This document shows positions 31,538 through 41,229 of a stretch of DNA of 64,000 nt, piece after piece. The translations under genes and the position numbers were made by a program. Position 1 is the stretch's first letter. Each line of letters opens with the position of its first letter. The DNA lies in NCBI GenBank assembly GCA_963705255.1, contig OY970061.1:288001-352000 (forward strand), written 5' to 3'. Below the pieces are notes generated by a model. That model did no database searches and had not been told where the DNA came from. It saw nothing but the letters and a program-made list of their open reading frames with translations. The DNA comes from an uncultured Methanoregulaceae archaeon. GTDB taxonomy: Archaea; Halobacteriota; Methanomicrobia; Methanomicrobiales; Methanospirillaceae.

Positions 31538-32356
31538 CTATTTCTCCCCGCTGATCATCCGTACCGTTGCTTCCTTTGTCAGCAGGGTCATCTGGTGAAT
31601 TGCAATCGCGTTCAGTTTTTCCAGGCGCTCAGGCTGGGACAGTTTGTCGCTGATGAAATGTGCGTTGAGGTTCTCGAGATTCGATAAACACACGAGTTGT
31701 GAAATGTCCGCATAATCCCGGATATTTCCTTTCTTCCCCGGGTTCCTTTCCCTCCACTCCTTTGCGTTCATGCCGAACAACGACATATTCAGGACATCGG
31801 CTTCGGAAGCATAGATCGCATTGATCTGCGGTTTTGTCAGCAGGGGAGGGATAAGGTTCTCCTGCACGGCATCAGTATGGATCCGGTAATTTATTTTTGC
31901 AAGGTTCCGGCGGATGTCCCATCCAAGACTTTTCCGCTCCTCTTCCTTGAGACGCTGGAACTCCTTGATGAGGTAAAGCTTGAACTCGACCGAGATCCAT
32001 GATGCGAATTCAAACGCAATGTCCTTGTGGGCGAATGTCCCACCATACCGCCCGGGTTTTGCAACAATTCCCCGGGCCCGGGTCTTTTCAACCCACTGGC
32101 GGGCAGTCAGGATAAAACTGTGCAGGCCGGCCTGTTTTCTAATCCCATCGAATTCGATGGGATTAAAATCCGGGTTATTGAGCTGTTCCCAGATCCCAAG
32201 GAATTCGATGGTATTCCGGTTCCGGAGCCAGTTCTGGATCAGGTAATCGGTCCTTTCCGGATCCTTGTACCGGGCAATATCCGTGATGCAGATAAAATCC
32301 TCGTTGCCCTCAACAACAACAGTTACCTCTCGTTCAAGAACATTGATCTTTTTCAT
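31538..32356 (-). CDS. KilA-N domain protein
   Basis: DFICITDIA, NWLRNRNTIEFLGIWE, GRYGGTFAHKDIAFEFASWIS. Confidence 0.9.
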   Translation of the reverse strand: MKKINVLEREVTVVVEGNEDFICITDIARYKDPERTDYLIQNWLRNRNTIEFLGIWEQLNNPDFNPIEFDGIRKQAGLHSFILTARQWVEKTRARGIVAKPGRYGGTFAHKDIAFEFASWISVEFKLYLIKEFQRLKEEERKSLGWDIRRNLAKINYRIHTDAVQENLIPPLLTKPQINAIYASEADVLNMSLFGMNAKEWRERNPGKKGNIRDYADISQLVCLSNLENLNAHFISDKLSQPERLEKLNAIAIHQMTLLTKEATVRMISGEK

Positions 32357-32543
32357 GATTCTCCCCCGGTCCCCATTCACCAACATGCCGTTATCGTATG
32401 AATAATGCCTTTTTATCTCAGGATAAAAAGGGGCTGTGCGGGGCGTGAAACTGGAGCGGGCGAGTGAGTGCAACCGGCACTGGTTCGTAGTTCGGGGAGG
32501 TCCTGATGGTGCGGTTTGTTCCCATGGTTGATTGTATCCCCGC

Positions 32544-33112
32544 CCAATACTACCTCGGTGCCTGGTGAAAATAATCCGGATACATGTGGATGTGAAAAAA
32601 ACCCGGAGCGGTCACCCCCGGCTGTAAACTTTGTTCCGATCCGGAACCGTGTCGCTCATCAGGGACTTCGCCAGACACCAGGACGTTGGGGGATTTTTCG
32701 TCGGAGATCCCCCACCTTTTCAGGGTACTCTCCTGTCCCTTGCGGGAAGCAAGAGTAGTTAGAAGAATCTGATGATTCTTCTCATCCTCTCATAACCTAA
32801 CGGCCATGAGAGTACCCCCAAAATAACCCCTCGAAGAATCTGGTCCAGATTCGGTCGAAGACCTGATGGTCTCCTCCTGCTTCTGGTCTTATGACCCTCA
32901 TCATTCTCAAGCCCCCTTCCTGATGGAACGGGGCACTCTACGGGCTCCGATTCCCTGTTTTTCCGGAAACAGGGGAAGTAATTCCGGAAAATGAGACAGT
33001 AATTCATGTATTTCCGGTCATTTTTACTCCTGAAACCATGAGGCGCCATTTGGGTGTATTTGGACGATGAAAAAGGAGGGGGACGGGTTTTGGCCTTTCT
33101 TTGCATATTTTC
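32544..33112. repeat. Interspersed repeat B, copy 3 (longest, with an internal insert at ~32830-32940)
   Basis: Matches copy 1 at both ends and copy 2 in the middle. Confidence 0.88.
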
Positions 33113-33517
33113 GGGAACAGAACGCGTTTAAAGGCTTGTACCAAAGGCTCTCCTTCCTCTGGCCCCGCCCCCACCCCCTTCAGCCCGGGGCGGCCTGAGA
33201 TACTCCATCCAAACAGCTCCAAACAGGCCGGTTTTTCTCCTCGCAAAACCTCCCGTTTCCCCATCAGAGGTTAAATCAGGATTTCCCGGAAAACCCTGGC
33301 TGAAAATCCCTGAAACAGGCCGGTCGGATATTCAATAACGAAGCAATCCAGGGTCATTCTGGACCCGGATGAGCATCTGAAGATGTGTATCCCCCTGAGC
33401 CCGCTTTATACCATTACACAATAATAGTAATCTCATGCCCATGCCCCCCGACACCGCCCCCACCGGCCACGCCAGCCCGGGAAAACTATATTCTCTTGCG
33501 GGAATAATGATGGTACA

Positions 33518-33724
33518 ATGAATGAAATCCAGTACGTGTATGACGCTGGTGGCCACAAGAAAAGCGTCATAGTTCCCGTTGAACTCTGGGAGCGGACACT
33601 TCAGGTGCAGAACCCCAGGATTGCACCCTGCAACCCACAGGAGTATTACGGGATATACCGTAACAGGATCAAAAACCCACAGGAAGTAGCGCGAGCCCTC
33701 CGGAGCGAGTGGAACCGCGGATGA
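33518..33724 (+). CDS. Putative antitoxin (VapB-like)
   Basis: Small ORF 'IQYVYDAGGHKKSVIVP...LRSEW' with ATGA overlap onto the PIN gene. Confidence 0.7.
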   Translation: MNEIQYVYDAGGHKKSVIVPVELWERTLQVQNPRIAPCNPQEYYGIYRNRIKNPQEVARALRSEWNRG

Positions 33725-34113
33725 CCTCGTATCTTATCGATACCAATATTCTCATCTATTATCTTGCAGGAGCAATTCCCGATGAGGAGAGACCGGTTAT
33801 CGATCGGATTCTCCGGGAATCTTTTAACATATCGATCATCACCCGGATCGAACTTCTCGGCTGGAAAGAACATACTCCCGAAGGGCTTGCCAAAGCACGG
33901 AGTCTTCTTGATTGTGCCCGGTGCCTGCCTCTGGCTGATACCCTTGCGGAGAAAACGATTGAACTTCGCACAATGGTAAACATCTCGCTTCCCGATGCAG
34001 TTATTGCCGCTTCGGCTTTGTCACTGGATGCAACGCTCGTTACCCGGAACGAGCGGGATTTTGATCAGGTGCCTGATCTGGAAATTTACAATCCGTTTCA
34101 TAAGACATCCTGA
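33721..34113 (+). CDS. vapC: VapC family PIN toxin
   Basis: YLIDTNILI, E, LPDAVIAASA, LVTRNERDF. Confidence 0.92.
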   Translation: MTSYLIDTNILIYYLAGAIPDEERPVIDRILRESFNISIITRIELLGWKEHTPEGLAKARSLLDCARCLPLADTLAEKTIELRTMVNISLPDAVIAASALSLDATLVTRNERDFDQVPDLEIYNPFHKTS

Positions 34114-34138
34114 GTGCAACCCCCAATCCAACGCATCG

Positions 34139-34215
34139 TGATCGCCGGCGGTTGCCAAACGCCACGCGATCGCCCGGTGTTTGCTGCCCCTTCGCAAGTA
34201 CAAAGTTAAGGCCCA
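34139..34215. repeat. Repeat C (GATCGCCGGCGGTTGCCAAAC...CGATCGCCCGG...GCAAGTACAA)
   Basis: Copies at ~39721-39800 and ~42730-42810; variants at ~43630-43700 and ~49566-49606. Confidence 0.8.
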
Positions 34216-34405
34216 TGCCCCCCGCCACACCGGCCCCCCGTCCGGTCCCGCGACATCGACGATCCATGCAACATCCGGGGCCGTTCCGCGGATGCCGGCG
34301 TCAAGCCCTTTCAGGTCCGAGTAATCGAACATGAACCGGTAGAATTCCGCGATCATGTCGGGACGGGTGATCCCGTCGCCCGTATGTGTGGTAATGCCCG
34401 CGTTG

Positions 34406-35701
34406 TCATCGGCTCCCGCTCACGAGCAGCCATTTCCAGAGCGGAATGCAGGTAATTTCCCCGTCCTTTGCCTCGTAATCCTTTGTCAGGACCAGGAGCT
34501 CCTTTATTTTCCCCTCAAAATCTTTGGCAAATTCCCGCAGGCCTTCATATTCACGGTCGGGAATGGTATCGCTGTAACAGACATTGATTGCGGTTAGCCT
34601 GTTGTCATTTGACGTGACGACAAAATCCACTTCACGGGCCCCCTTCCAGTAATACGGCGTCAGGCCGGACCGCATCAGTTCCACAAAGACGAGGTTCTCG
34701 GAGAGTTTTCCCTCGTCTTCGGAGAACCGGAACGAGACCGCGTTGCGGAGCCCGGTGTCGATGCAGTAGATCTTTTTGTTCTGTCGTGCCTGGGCCGGCA
34801 GCGAGTACGCGAATGCCTGCACCTCAAAGAGGATCCTGGCTATGCCGGCAAAGTGGATATAGTCCCTGACCGTGTCGATATCGGTCCCCAGCATCTCATT
34901 AAGGCGGCGGTACCAGTACGGGGAGGCGATGTTCGTGAAGAGATAGTAAAGGAGAGCGGCGAGAGCTTTCTGGTTCCGTACCACGTTCGTCCGGACAATA
35001 TCCCGGTACACGATACTGTCGTAGTATGCCCTGAGATAATCCTGCTTCGTGCGTTCATCCCGCTGGAGTACGACAACGGGAAAACCGCCCTCATGGAGAT
35101 ATTGCCGGAGGTGTGTCGTGATCTCGTATTTTTGTGCCGCACGCGTGGCGGCATCTTTTGGCGGGACGATGTCATGGAACCGGAGGTACTCGGCAAAATC
35201 CAGCGGGAAGACCGGGACGGAGAGGTACCGGCCCGAGAGCAGGGTGGAGACCTGAGAGTCGAGGAGGTACGAGGAGGAGCCGGACAGGATGATTTTGCAG
35301 TGTTTGCGGTCGTAGAGCGATCTGACCTCCCGCTCCCAGTTTTCCACGGCCTGGACCTCGTCAAAGACAAGGTAGATGGTGCCTTTGGCTGCAATCTCCC
35401 TGCGGTACGTGTCGACGGCTTCGGAAAGCGCGTTCTTCCGGCCCGCGACCTCCGGCTCGTCGCAGTTGACAAAGAGGATGTTTTTGGCCGGCACTTTGTT
35501 CGTGGTGATGAGGAGCCGGATGGTCTGGTAGAGCAGGGTGGTCTTTCCCGAGCGGCGGACCCCGCTGAGCACGATGATCTCCCCCGTTTTGAGGTACCGC
35601 CGGATCGTTGCGAGGTACTTCTGCCGCTCCCTGCCGGTATCGAACGGCTGGCCGCTCCACCAGGGGTTCTGGCCTGCGAGGATCTCGAAGAGCGTTGTCA
35701 C
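34406..35701 (-). CDS. AAA_14 ATPase with DUF4143-type C-terminus
   Basis: QNPWW, GVRRSGKTT, FDEVQ, SGSS, GGFP, KKIYCIDTG, ENLVF, EVDFVV. Confidence 0.9.
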   Translation of the reverse strand: MTTLFEILAGQNPWWSGQPFDTGRERQKYLATIRRYLKTGEIIVLSGVRRSGKTTLLYQTIRLLITTNKVPAKNILFVNCDEPEVAGRKNALSEAVDTYRREIAAKGTIYLVFDEVQAVENWEREVRSLYDRKHCKIILSGSSSYLLDSQVSTLLSGRYLSVPVFPLDFAEYLRFHDIVPPKDAATRAAQKYEITTHLRQYLHEGGFPVVVLQRDERTKQDYLRAYYDSIVYRDIVRTNVVRNQKALAALLYYLFTNIASPYWYRRLNEMLGTDIDTVRDYIHFAGIARILFEVQAFAYSLPAQARQNKKIYCIDTGLRNAVSFRFSEDEGKLSENLVFVELMRSGLTPYYWKGAREVDFVVTSNDNRLTAINVCYSDTIPDREYEGLREFAKDFEGKIKELLVLTKDYEAKDGEITCIPLWKWLLVSGSR

Positions 35702-35705
35702 AGTA

Positions 35706-35793
35706 ATGTGTAGGGTTATACCCCTCCATAAATGTTTGGTTGTGATGGGTTATAACCCTACATTTTCCGTTGATTGTGATGGGTTGTAACCTG
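35706..35793. promoter_or_regulatory. Three GGGTTRTA(A)CC palindromic boxes upstream of the AAA ATPase
   Basis: Boxes at 35713, 35747 and 35781 (34-bp spacing); TAGGGTTATA/TATAACCCTA inverted pair. Confidence 0.5.
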
Positions 35794-35800
35794 ACACGTT

Positions 35801-36323
35801 TTACCATGACAAATCCAGGTTCCAGCACTCTTCCAGGATCGGATCGCCCCAGGCATTATTCTCCCGCGTCTCCGTGATCTGGAATCCTTTCCCCGCATAA
35901 AGATGCCGGGCAGCCATGAGGGTACTGAACGTCCAGAGAAACACCCGCCCGTACCTCTTCTCTTTACAGAATTCGACTGCCATATCGAGGAGTGTATGTC
36001 CTGCACCCAGACCTCTCACCCCGGGTTCCAGGAAAAAAAACCGCAGTTGTGCTGTCGCCCCGTCCCCATGGGCAATAGCAACGCACCCCGACGGGACCCC
36101 GTTATGTTCAAGAATATACATGCAGTTCCGGGTGTGGTCAAACTGGTTTACAAAATCATGTACTCCACCGGTGAGGTAAGCCTTCCATATTTCAGAGGTG
36201 AACCCGTATTCCGATGCATACAATACCAGCTGGCGGGATATGACAAAGTCCACGTCGCTCTCCCGGAACGATCTGATGGTGATATCCGGGTCGCCCGGCG
36301 GGCTGTCGTTGTACGGTGTTCAT
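35801..36323 (-). CDS. GNAT acetyltransferase (frameshift near the 5' end)
   Basis: AQLRFFFLEP..RGLGAG..L, LWT...AARHLY...GF; the upstream frame gives ITIRSFRESDVDFV. Confidence 0.85.
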
Positions 36324-36731
36324 AGCTTTATGGATCCTGGCATATTCACCAGGGTCCGTCAAAAGTCATCAGGCGTTGCACCCGATAACCGTTTCCCTTT
36401 TCAAATAGTGGCTTTCCGGTTTTCCTCCGGCCCGCGGGCCCGGTATCTGCCCTTCATCTGTCCAGCCATCCGGATCCGCCAGGAGATCTTCTGCCGTTCC
36501 CGGTGGATGCGGTCCTTAAAACCGGATCAGCAGTAGCAACCAAGTTGCCATCGGGCGTATCCGTTACCCGGGTTAGGCATCAGAAAAGCCCTGGCAGGTC
36601 ACCTTCTGTACGGCATGTACCGGAGGAAAAATACCGTATAAGAGGATCAAGGCGACAAGAAAATAGAAAACGTAATTCCTTTTTTCATCGGCATGTTGTC
36701 TCCCCCCATCCATCCGTCACAAGAAGAGGGG

Positions 36732-37496
36732 TCATTTCGGGTACTCGACTCCGGGGTACGTCACCACCGGTGGGTGAACGGGAGGCGTGACGATGGTGAC
36801 TCCCGGGGGGAATTGTATCGTAAACAGGGAATCATTGAGATCCGGATTCACGGTAATGTTCCGATAATCGATCGATTCCGAATTCGTATCGTTATCATAA
36901 AATACCTGCATTTTCACCGGATTCGATGTCGAAACATCCACCCAGATTAAAGCGTCCGAGAATGCATATATGCTGTTATACTTCACAGCAAATTCGCCGG
37001 GACTTCTCGGCCGCATCTCCAGTATACAAAACGTTTTTCCATCCTTATTCTCGCAGGATTTTGTGATTATCTCTGAATCACCGGCAATTTTGTCGGTCAT
37101 CTTCCAGTAATCACCATCAGCCCAGGAGGTCCCGTTTATCCAGTCCTGCTGATCGATGGCCATCTCCATTACCTGGTTTGCTGCAGGCAGGTAATGGAAC
37201 GTCTGGTTTTCCCGGATAATTATTATCGTTCCTGCACCGTATTTCGGGGATTTCTGGAATTCAATCCGTAATTTGTCGGGATATTTCATGCTGATGGTAA
37301 AGACATCCGTCTCGTTTTCTATCCCTGCATACGTTCTTGTTACCTCGGCCGTATAACTCCTGATGGTATGAGCGTGCCGGAAGAAATCCGCTGCAATATT
37401 TTTTCCCGTATCGGAATTGACAGGATTCTCCATGCACCCTGAGAAACAAGATGCGATTAAAAGTATTAAAAAAAATAAAAATATTTTCTCATCCAT
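36732..37496 (-). CDS. Lipoprotein of LolA-like fold (lipoprotein-sorting-like)
   Basis: Lipobox FSGC; KYPDKLRIE, IWVD..T..PVK, IDYRNITVNPDLNDSLFT. Confidence 0.75.
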   Translation of the reverse strand: MDEKIFLFFLILLIASCFSGCMENPVNSDTGKNIAADFFRHAHTIRSYTAEVTRTYAGIENETDVFTISMKYPDKLRIEFQKSPKYGAGTIIIIRENQTFHYLPAANQVMEMAIDQQDWINGTSWADGDYWKMTDKIAGDSEIITKSCENKDGKTFCILEMRPRSPGEFAVKYNSIYAFSDALIWVDVSTSNPVKMQVFYDNDTNSESIDYRNITVNPDLNDSLFTIQFPPGVTIVTPPVHPPVVTYPGVEYPK

Positions 37497-37668
37497 CAAT
37501 CGAGCTCCTTTTCTGGTATTAAGCGACTCCGGATCCGCATTCGTGGGTTGTGACGATTCGTCCGCTGCTCCCACCTAGGGTAACACTAATATTCGGGCCC
37601 GGAGTGGGGCTGCTCTTGTTATGATATAATTTTCAGATTCGTGAATACATGTGTGAACATCAGATTTG

Positions 37669-38700
37669 TTAAACCCGTGTTGGTGTTGTTGCAACCGGTG
37701 GAACCGGTGTGGATTCTTCGTCAATCAACTGATTTCCGGATCGATTCATGGACATTGTTGATGTCTGATTTGTTACATTCGTGTCGGAGTTGTTCCAATT
37801 TGTGGAAACGATGGTGATATCGGGCGTAGTTTGATCCAGTTTCTCCATTGATATACCATCAGAGGACGGGTTTTTCATTGCATCCACAACCAGAGGGAAT
37901 GACTCCGGATCGAATGGTGTGACAGCATAGTAGATCCAGACCGGTTTTATCGAGGGGCTCTTATCCTCCGAATTCCATGCATCGGACAGCTGGTATCCGA
38001 GCGTAATGCCCGCGATCTTTGTGCCTTCCGGGAGCGGACCCTGCAATTGCCGCATAGTGTTATGGTTCTGGAGCTTTTCATAGCCCTGTTCTGCCGATAT
38101 GACCGGCACTTCGCCATTGTATTTGTAGCTCGGCCAGGCCTTCACAATGGTGTCGATCTCCCCGTTCTCTCCAAGACCAAGATTGATCGTTGAACCAATG
38201 ACCGGCGATCCATTGAGAATCTGGATATACCTTACCTGGGTCATCCAGGGGTAATTCTCTTCGGTAGTCTTCGTTGTCAAATTGTACTTTGCTTGGTATC
38301 GTGGTACGGCATCGATCAGCTGTGCATCCTTTGGCAATCCACCGTATTTCAGAAGTGCTTTTTCTGCAAGAGCCGGGGCCTGTGCAGCAGAAGGAATACT
38401 GTTCTTCGGGCTCATGACAATCTTGTCATTACCCTCCTGAACGAGTTCGATGGATGTGATGGTATAGTTCGGGGCGGTGGCGGGAGCTTCTGGAAACGCT
38501 GTCGCAAGAGTAAGTGTTCCGGTTGTCCCCTGGATTTCCGGTATTCCCTTGGTATCATCAAATTTTACCTGACCCGGGGATCCTGTAAAGGAATGAATTC
38601 CCAATTCAGCGGCTCCAATGATCGCAACGCTGCATGCAATTACAATGCCGATAATTATCCAACGTTTATCAAATGCGGCCATGTCCATCACGTCCTCCAT
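37669..38700 (-). CDS. Membrane-anchored extracellular protein (YcdB/PepSY-like repeats)
   Basis: N-terminal TM; 'VISAEQGYEKL...ITLGY...PVWIY...VVDA'; Thr/Asn-rich tail; overlaps the upstream gene. Confidence 0.65.
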   Translation of the reverse strand: MEDVMDMAAFDKRWIIIGIVIACSVAIIGAAELGIHSFTGSPGQVKFDDTKGIPEIQGTTGTLTLATAFPEAPATAPNYTITSIELVQEGNDKIVMSPKNSIPSAAQAPALAEKALLKYGGLPKDAQLIDAVPRYQAKYNLTTKTTEENYPWMTQVRYIQILNGSPVIGSTINLGLGENGEIDTIVKAWPSYKYNGEVPVISAEQGYEKLQNHNTMRQLQGPLPEGTKIAGITLGYQLSDAWNSEDKSPSIKPVWIYYAVTPFDPESFPLVVDAMKNPSSDGISMEKLDQTTPDITIVSTNWNNSDTNVTNQTSTMSMNRSGNQLIDEESTPVPPVATTPTRV

Positions 38701-39425
38701 TCTGCTACGTAAATTGTGTTGTCATCGATCAGTTCACTGCCGGCAACCGTTCCCTGCCCGGGCAGATGGTCATTGTTCAACTGGTCTTGGGTATCGAATA
38801 TGACCCGGGTAAGTGTATTATCGCCCGCTAATACAGTCTGAGTGGCTCGCTGCCATGAATATGCTATTGTGTAGTCATTGTCAATGCAATTCTGTAAAAA
38901 CCTTGATGGGAGATTTGCATTGGCATTCTTAATAGATCCAAACCCGAGGATCCCGTGGGAGAATTTTAGTGCTCCTCCCCACTGGTTATCGAGCAGGGAC
39001 CAGCAGGTATCCAGCACAACCCACTTGTTGGCAGAAATCAGGCTGGTTCCCCATTTTTTATAGACCTCTGCCGAAGTGAGGGATCCTGTTGGCCAGTTGC
39101 TGTACTGGACAATCCCGACCTGGTTTGCATAGTCACCATGACCAAAATGATAGTGGAGATCTGCATCATTGAGTGCTCCGCCATTCGTAGCAAAGTCCGT
39201 GTCATCGACATTGGCATTCGTCTCATAAAACCGCTGTGTCCACCCTTGGCCTGTCAGCCAGTTATACACATAAGCGTGGCTGTTGGTTCCATAGGGATAG
39301 AGACTTGTCAGGGTATTATAATTCTCGACGTTGGTCATCGAGAATTGGTATGCTGACGCGGGCATTGCGATTGCGCACAATGTCACAAGTGCCAGCAATA
39401 TAATACTGGTATTCCTTTCGAGCAT
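38688..39425 (-). CDS. Secreted DUF6345-like protein, putative clan CD (caspase-fold) cysteine peptidase
   Basis: Signal peptide (..AMPASA); DLHYHFGHG and WVVLDTC His-Gly/Cys motifs; HGILGF. Confidence 0.6.
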   Translation of the reverse strand: MLERNTSIILLALVTLCAIAMPASAYQFSMTNVENYNTLTSLYPYGTNSHAYVYNWLTGQGWTQRFYETNANVDDTDFATNGGALNDADLHYHFGHGDYANQVGIVQYSNWPTGSLTSAEVYKKWGTSLISANKWVVLDTCWSLLDNQWGGALKFSHGILGFGSIKNANANLPSRFLQNCIDNDYTIAYSWQRATQTVLAGDNTLTRVIFDTQDQLNNDHLPGQGTVAGSELIDDNTIYVAEWRT

Positions 39426-39450
39426 TTTCGTCCATCTCCTTTTGCAGTTA

Positions 39451-39720
39451 CGCTTCGCTCGAAGGCACGGGAAAACCTTCATAGGAACGGAAGATAATGA
39501 TCACATGCCTACGGGCGGGACCGGGTTCAGCCGCAATTTGACCTGAGGCGGACCCGTCCTTTCTTTTCGGGACAACCCCCGGCTGTCCGCAATGAGCGAT
39601 TTATAATTTGTGCATTTATTCTTTCTAACGCATTCATCTACAGGTCGAAGTGCTGAAAAACAAATGAAAAATTACGGAGCGAAAAAATGCAAATAGAATT
39701 ACCAGAATCAGGCTGAATTT
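39451..39720 (-). promoter_or_regulatory. Conserved promoter plus structured 5' leader, copy 1
   Basis: Homologous to 42458-42730 and 49294-49565; BRE/TATA-like AGAAAGAATAAAT on the minus strand. Confidence 0.8.
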
Positions 39721-39889
39721 TGCGATCGCCGGCGGTTGCCAAACGGTTGGCGATCGCCCGGAGTTTGCTGCCCCCTCGCAAGTACAAGGCTAAGGCCTTC
39801 CGCTCCGGCACCGGCCCCGGGCTTGGCACGCGAATCACCGGCGCCCGGCACCCCCCGGGCCACGATACTGCCCCCGGCCCCGTCCGGCA

Positions 39890-39965
39890 CTACACTCTGT
39901 GGCATTCCCCGCCAACCCCGCACTCCGGCCACCCCCCACCGCCCGCGAACGAAGGGGGTGGGCAT
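39890..39965. repeat. C-rich repeat D, second copy at ~43767-43845
   Basis: GTGGCATTCCCC...CCCCGCACTCCGGCCACCCCCC.CCGCCCGCGAAC.AAGGGGGTGGGCAT in both places. Confidence 0.85.
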
Positions 39966-40635
39966 CCCTCCCTCAGGCAGGAGCCAGGCCCCGACCGCCC
40001 CTGCAAGAACAGGCCAGGCATCCCGGCTCCAGCACTAACCCGAATATCCAAAAAGAGTGAATACTCGGTTAACCAAAATTTATTTACCTAACCGCCCAGC
40101 CCTAGCCTCAGAAAATTCAACCGGCCCGACCGCTCACGCTCAAAATTTTTCAAATCCGACAGGTCATCAGACCTGGAGAAGGAGAAGAAACCTTCAGGTT
40201 TCTTCGGACACGACCCCCACTACCCACACTCAAAATTTTTCAAACGCCTCTCGATCGCGATTGCGAGCGTGAAAAATCTCCATGGGAAACAAAGGTCGTT
40301 CAGACGTGAATGGTCTCCGGATTTGTGGGACGATCGCATTTGAAAAAAATAAATTGCGATCTGGATCGCGTTCAAAATTTTTTCATCGCGATCATGATCG
40401 CGATCGATCAAAGTTAAACAGATCCTAGACAACGGGGCGAGCGACCCCAGCTGGTACCAGTTCCTTGGTGGTACTACCCCCTTCCGGAATGCCCCCTGTA
40501 TATTAGTGCAGATCCGGACTCATGCAAAATACCCGTGATGGGTATCTTACCCGGCCGGAGCACCTGACCTGTCACGGGTTGTTTACCCATCACAGGTTAC
40601 ATGACCCGCATCGCCTAGCCCCTCCCGAAGAGTCT

Positions 40636-41217
40636 TCATCGTATGTCAATCGCAATCCGGCTCACATTCCCGGCAACCGGGTCGAGATCGAACCGGACGA
40701 ATATCTCCGTCGAATTCACACGCTGGTATCCGTAGAGCGCCGGGGGATACGCAACGGTCTCGTTCTTCCGGAGCGGCCGCTCCTGACCGGAAATGCCAAT
40801 GAGGCCCCCGCCGGATCTGAGAAATTCCCTGACACAAATGTCATCAAGTGCGATTTTCACCAGCCTTGTACGATCGGCACCGGGATAATTCACCGGGATT
40901 GCGGTATAATCCGCAGATTTGGGATTGTCAGGATTGCTGATTGTGTAGGTTTCAGGAGGAGCCGGCAATTCTTTAACCGATCCCGGTTTCGCAGGAATCT
41001 GTGTCAGTATTGGTGGACAGGAAGAGCTGGCAGCAGGGATACCGGGTGTGGGTGGTACCGGGGAGGTCTGGATCACGGTGGGCGTTATGAGGATATCCGG
41101 ACCGGTAGGTGACGGGGTGGTTCCAGCCGGTGTTGTCGAATGAACTGTGTTGTTTGCACATCCGGTGATACCAACGATAAAAAAAAGGAAGATAATGGGA
41201 AGGAATACCTGCCGCAA
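40636..41217 (-). CDS. Hypothetical lipoprotein with Pro/Thr linker
   Basis: Lipobox ITGC, P/T-rich linker, small C-terminal domain; 12 bp downstream of the secreted protein gene. Confidence 0.7.
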   Translation of the reverse strand: MRQVFLPIIFLFFIVGITGCANNTVHSTTPAGTTPSPTGPDILITPTVIQTSPVPPTPGIPAASSSCPPILTQIPAKPGSVKELPAPPETYTISNPDNPKSADYTAIPVNYPGADRTRLVKIALDDICVREFLRSGGGLIGISGQERPLRKNETVAYPPALYGYQRVNSTEIFVRFDLDPVAGNVSRIAIDIR

Positions 41218-41229
41218 ATCTGTTCACCC

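Noticed and set aside
30212-33264. Short ORFs that resemble each other (30212-30421 vs 32759-33106; 31221-31403 vs 32516-32758)
   Set aside because: The similarity comes from non-coding repeat B; starts and stops are not conserved between copies.
34280-34400. Possible gene fragment 'DGITRPDMIAEFYRFMFDYSDLKGLDAGIR' on the minus strand
   Set aside because: Looks coding but is too short to assign and runs into repeat C; not supportable as a feature.
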